Positions 61,481 through 64,000 of a stretch of 64,000 nucleotides of DNA are shown here, piece by piece; the stretch's first letter is position 1, and the number at the start of each line of letters is the position of its first letter. The stretch lies in the NCBI RefSeq assembly GCF_009914755.1, contig NC_060936.1; one strand, written 5' to 3'. The translations under genes were made by a program, and so were the position numbers. Source of the stretch: the human T2T-CHM13v2.0 reference genome, Homo sapiens. Below the pieces are notes generated by a model. It ran no database searches. It saw only the letters and a list, made by a program, of their open reading frames with translations, and was not told where the DNA came from.

Positions 61481-62544
61481 GGAAACTCTTACTGCACTAT
61501 TAAATTCTAGACCCTAGCCCCTAGCATGGTCATTACTGAAGCTTTGTTACTAAGTTTAAGCAAACTTCCAAAGAGCTACAGCAAGAGGAGTCTGTCAACT
61601 ACAAGTCCTGGCAGTTCTCTTGATTATACAAGCTTGTTCTTATTGAATGTTCAGGGTCTAGATAGGAAGAAATTGCCCTAGTGGAACAAACCTAGGAGAG
61701 ATTTAAAGCTCCATTTTGACATGAACTCTTGTAACCTCACCTAAGCGAATAAACCAAAATTTAAGGACTGAAGGTGGTTGAATCTGGGGCCTGGGGTCTT
61801 CTCATCAACAGATAGCAACCAAAATCATAGTGTTTCTCTCTACATTTAGAATGCCTGAACAGATTAACCCCTAATGACTTAATGACACTCCAGTACCAGC
61901 CCTGGATGGTTAGCTTTTGAATTTCTTACCAGTAATTTGCTTAAGCCAGTTTTCTGAACCTCTATTAATAGCGGCTGAACACAAATGCCACCTGCAAGAT
62001 GCGGGGATCCTATTCTTAATTCTCCTGTAGAAGCTTTCTGGAGCCGAATTCTCCCATGTGTTAGAAATGTCTTTGCAATTTAGGCAACATTTGGATCCTG
62101 GAGGCTCAGAAGGAACCAGATGCTTGTAGTTGTCTGTCCATACCTATGTGAAACTTTGAGCATCTCTACTCTGTGTGCAAATGCGAGGGTGAGCTGACAC
62201 TGCCTTTAGAATAAAAAAACCAGTGCCACCGACAAAAGCAGACTTCTTACCATGGCCTGGAGAAGCTCAGTCAGCATTTTTGGGCATTGTCTAACTCAGA
62301 ACCATGTGCCTACAGACATTTGACAATTTCTATAAAAGGGTGATGGCAGCATAGCTTTTATTAATGTCTTTTATTACCTCTTGGTCTCATTGTCATTGAA
62401 TTTTAAACTGTTAACCTTTGTGATTCATATTTAATGAATATTACTATGAACTTGGTGGTCTCACATACTTCTTTTGTGTTTTTTGTAACAATCCTGGGGG
62501 GTAGGTCATAATTATTGTAATAGCCAACACACACACATGCACAC

Positions 62545-63110
62545 ATAATATTTACTATGTGCCAGGCATAGTTCTAAGCATTTTATTAATTCATATACTC
62601 CATATAACACCCCTATGAGGTAGTTCTTAATAATATCATCATTGTCATCCACACTTTTTAGGCAAGGAAATTAAAGTATGGAGGTAAGTAGCTTGTCTAA
62701 GATCACAAGCCAGTAAGTGGTAGTACTTGAGTTCAGACCCAGGCAGTCTGGCTCCAGGGTTCATAGTCTAATTATTATACATACTGCCTGCAAGTTTTAG
62801 ATGAAAAGCCAAGACACAGAGAGTGAGTGAATCATCCAAGTTTCCACTGCTGTTAATAAGAAGAACCATTATTTCAACTCAGGTTTTTGGATTCTTAAGG
62901 CTCATATCCTTTCTCACTATTCCATATTTTTTCCATTGGCTACAGGGTATGACCTTGGACAAGTCACTTGATTTGCTTCATTTTTCACCTATAAAATGGA
63001 GGGTAATAATGCTTACTTCACTTAGTTGTTCTATGGATTAAATATAATTGGATAAAGCCATGTTTAACTCAGTCCCTGGCACATCATAAATGCTCGGTAA
63101 ATATTGACTT
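62545..63110. mobile_element. MIR cluster (minus ~62545-62790; plus ~62945-63110)
   Basis: TACTATGTGCCAGGCATAGTTCTAAGCA...TTCAGACCCAGGCAGTCTGGCTCCAG; GACCTTGGACAAGTCACTT. Confidence 0.7.
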
Positions 63111-64000
63111 ATTAACAGATAGATTCCCTAGAAAGGCTCTTTATTCTCAGTACTTGATAAGACTAGACTTACTATGAACATGTTATCCTTGGTAAGTAGA
63201 ATATACATAAAGCAAAGTTGATGGTTTTACATCATTTCTTCCCTAAACCTCAATAACTGTGTTTATATTTGATCAGCTCTAGAACCAAGTGTTGTGTCCA
63301 TGGAAATGCTTCTTGTTGGGGCAAAGAAGTTATTGTGTAGATCCTTAAAAACCCATTCTAGTTAAGTTTCTTTTTAAAAATTTTAGATATTCATGATCCG
63401 TGTCTAATTGCTGTCTTAAAATAGCATGCTTTTATTTCCATATCAAAATTTTAAGGTGAGTTAATGCGAGAACATTGTTTTCTCATTCTAAAATAAGGTC
63501 TGATGACCTGATTTGATCTGTTTTCCTATTGTTTGTTGATGCTTTTATTGACAGAATTAATGAAAATTACAAGGTTAAGTCATAAGGTTCTTTCTTTTTT
63601 CCTCTGAATAAAATTGTGATGACTTTTATTGTCAGACTTTTTAAAGATATGATGGATCATGGTGTAAATATGCCCTAGATAATAGTACTCTGGAAAGTAA
63701 AAGGTCTAGATGGTGAAAGGTAAGAGCCAAGATTATTATGTACTCAACGTGGATAAGATATTTTTGTAATGTAGTTAATTGGAAATGAATCAATAGAGTA
63801 AGAATGTTAGTGTTTTTTGGAGCATGGTGTCCATTACAATGTGTATCTGGGATTACATGCAATATCTTTTGCATATCTAGGCCCATTTCTGTTCACTCCC
63901 ACTACCATTTTCACATCCCAACTCTTACCCGTGCTAGGACATTAACATGTCAAACCTCATCATTTAGATAACATTAGGCTCCCACTCAAATATATTAATT

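Overview
Primate (human-like) genomic DNA, mostly interspersed repeats (Alu, L1, L2, MIR, solo LTRs, DNA-transposon MITEs). I recognise no spliced exons of a resident protein-coding gene. There are two retrocopies. The first is an RPL14 retrocopy (14041-14780) with a fully intact 213-aa ORF, followed about 360 bp later by an LTR10 solo LTR with three AP-1 sites. The second is a 2.67-kb chimeric retro-insertion (51188-53855) inside a 5'-inverted L1PA7-like element. The pair resembles RPL14P1 and LDHAL6CP on human chr12q14; this is recalled, not verified. Main finding: a single target-site-duplication (TSD) pair and a single poly(A) bracket three parts. These are an intronless TMEM242 CDS (codons 1-109), about 750 bp of linker with a CpG-rich promoter-like segment, and an LDHAL6B-like ORF. 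It therefore looks like a fossil of a TMEM242::LDHAL6 fusion mRNA. Its LDH keeps the catalytic residues and has Arg at the 'Gln102' LDH-to-MDH specificity position, but has a late frameshift. Several local templated duplications that look like repair scars, and several nested insertions, are also visible. Repeat subfamily names come from recalled consensus sequences and should be confirmed with RepeatMasker/Dfam.
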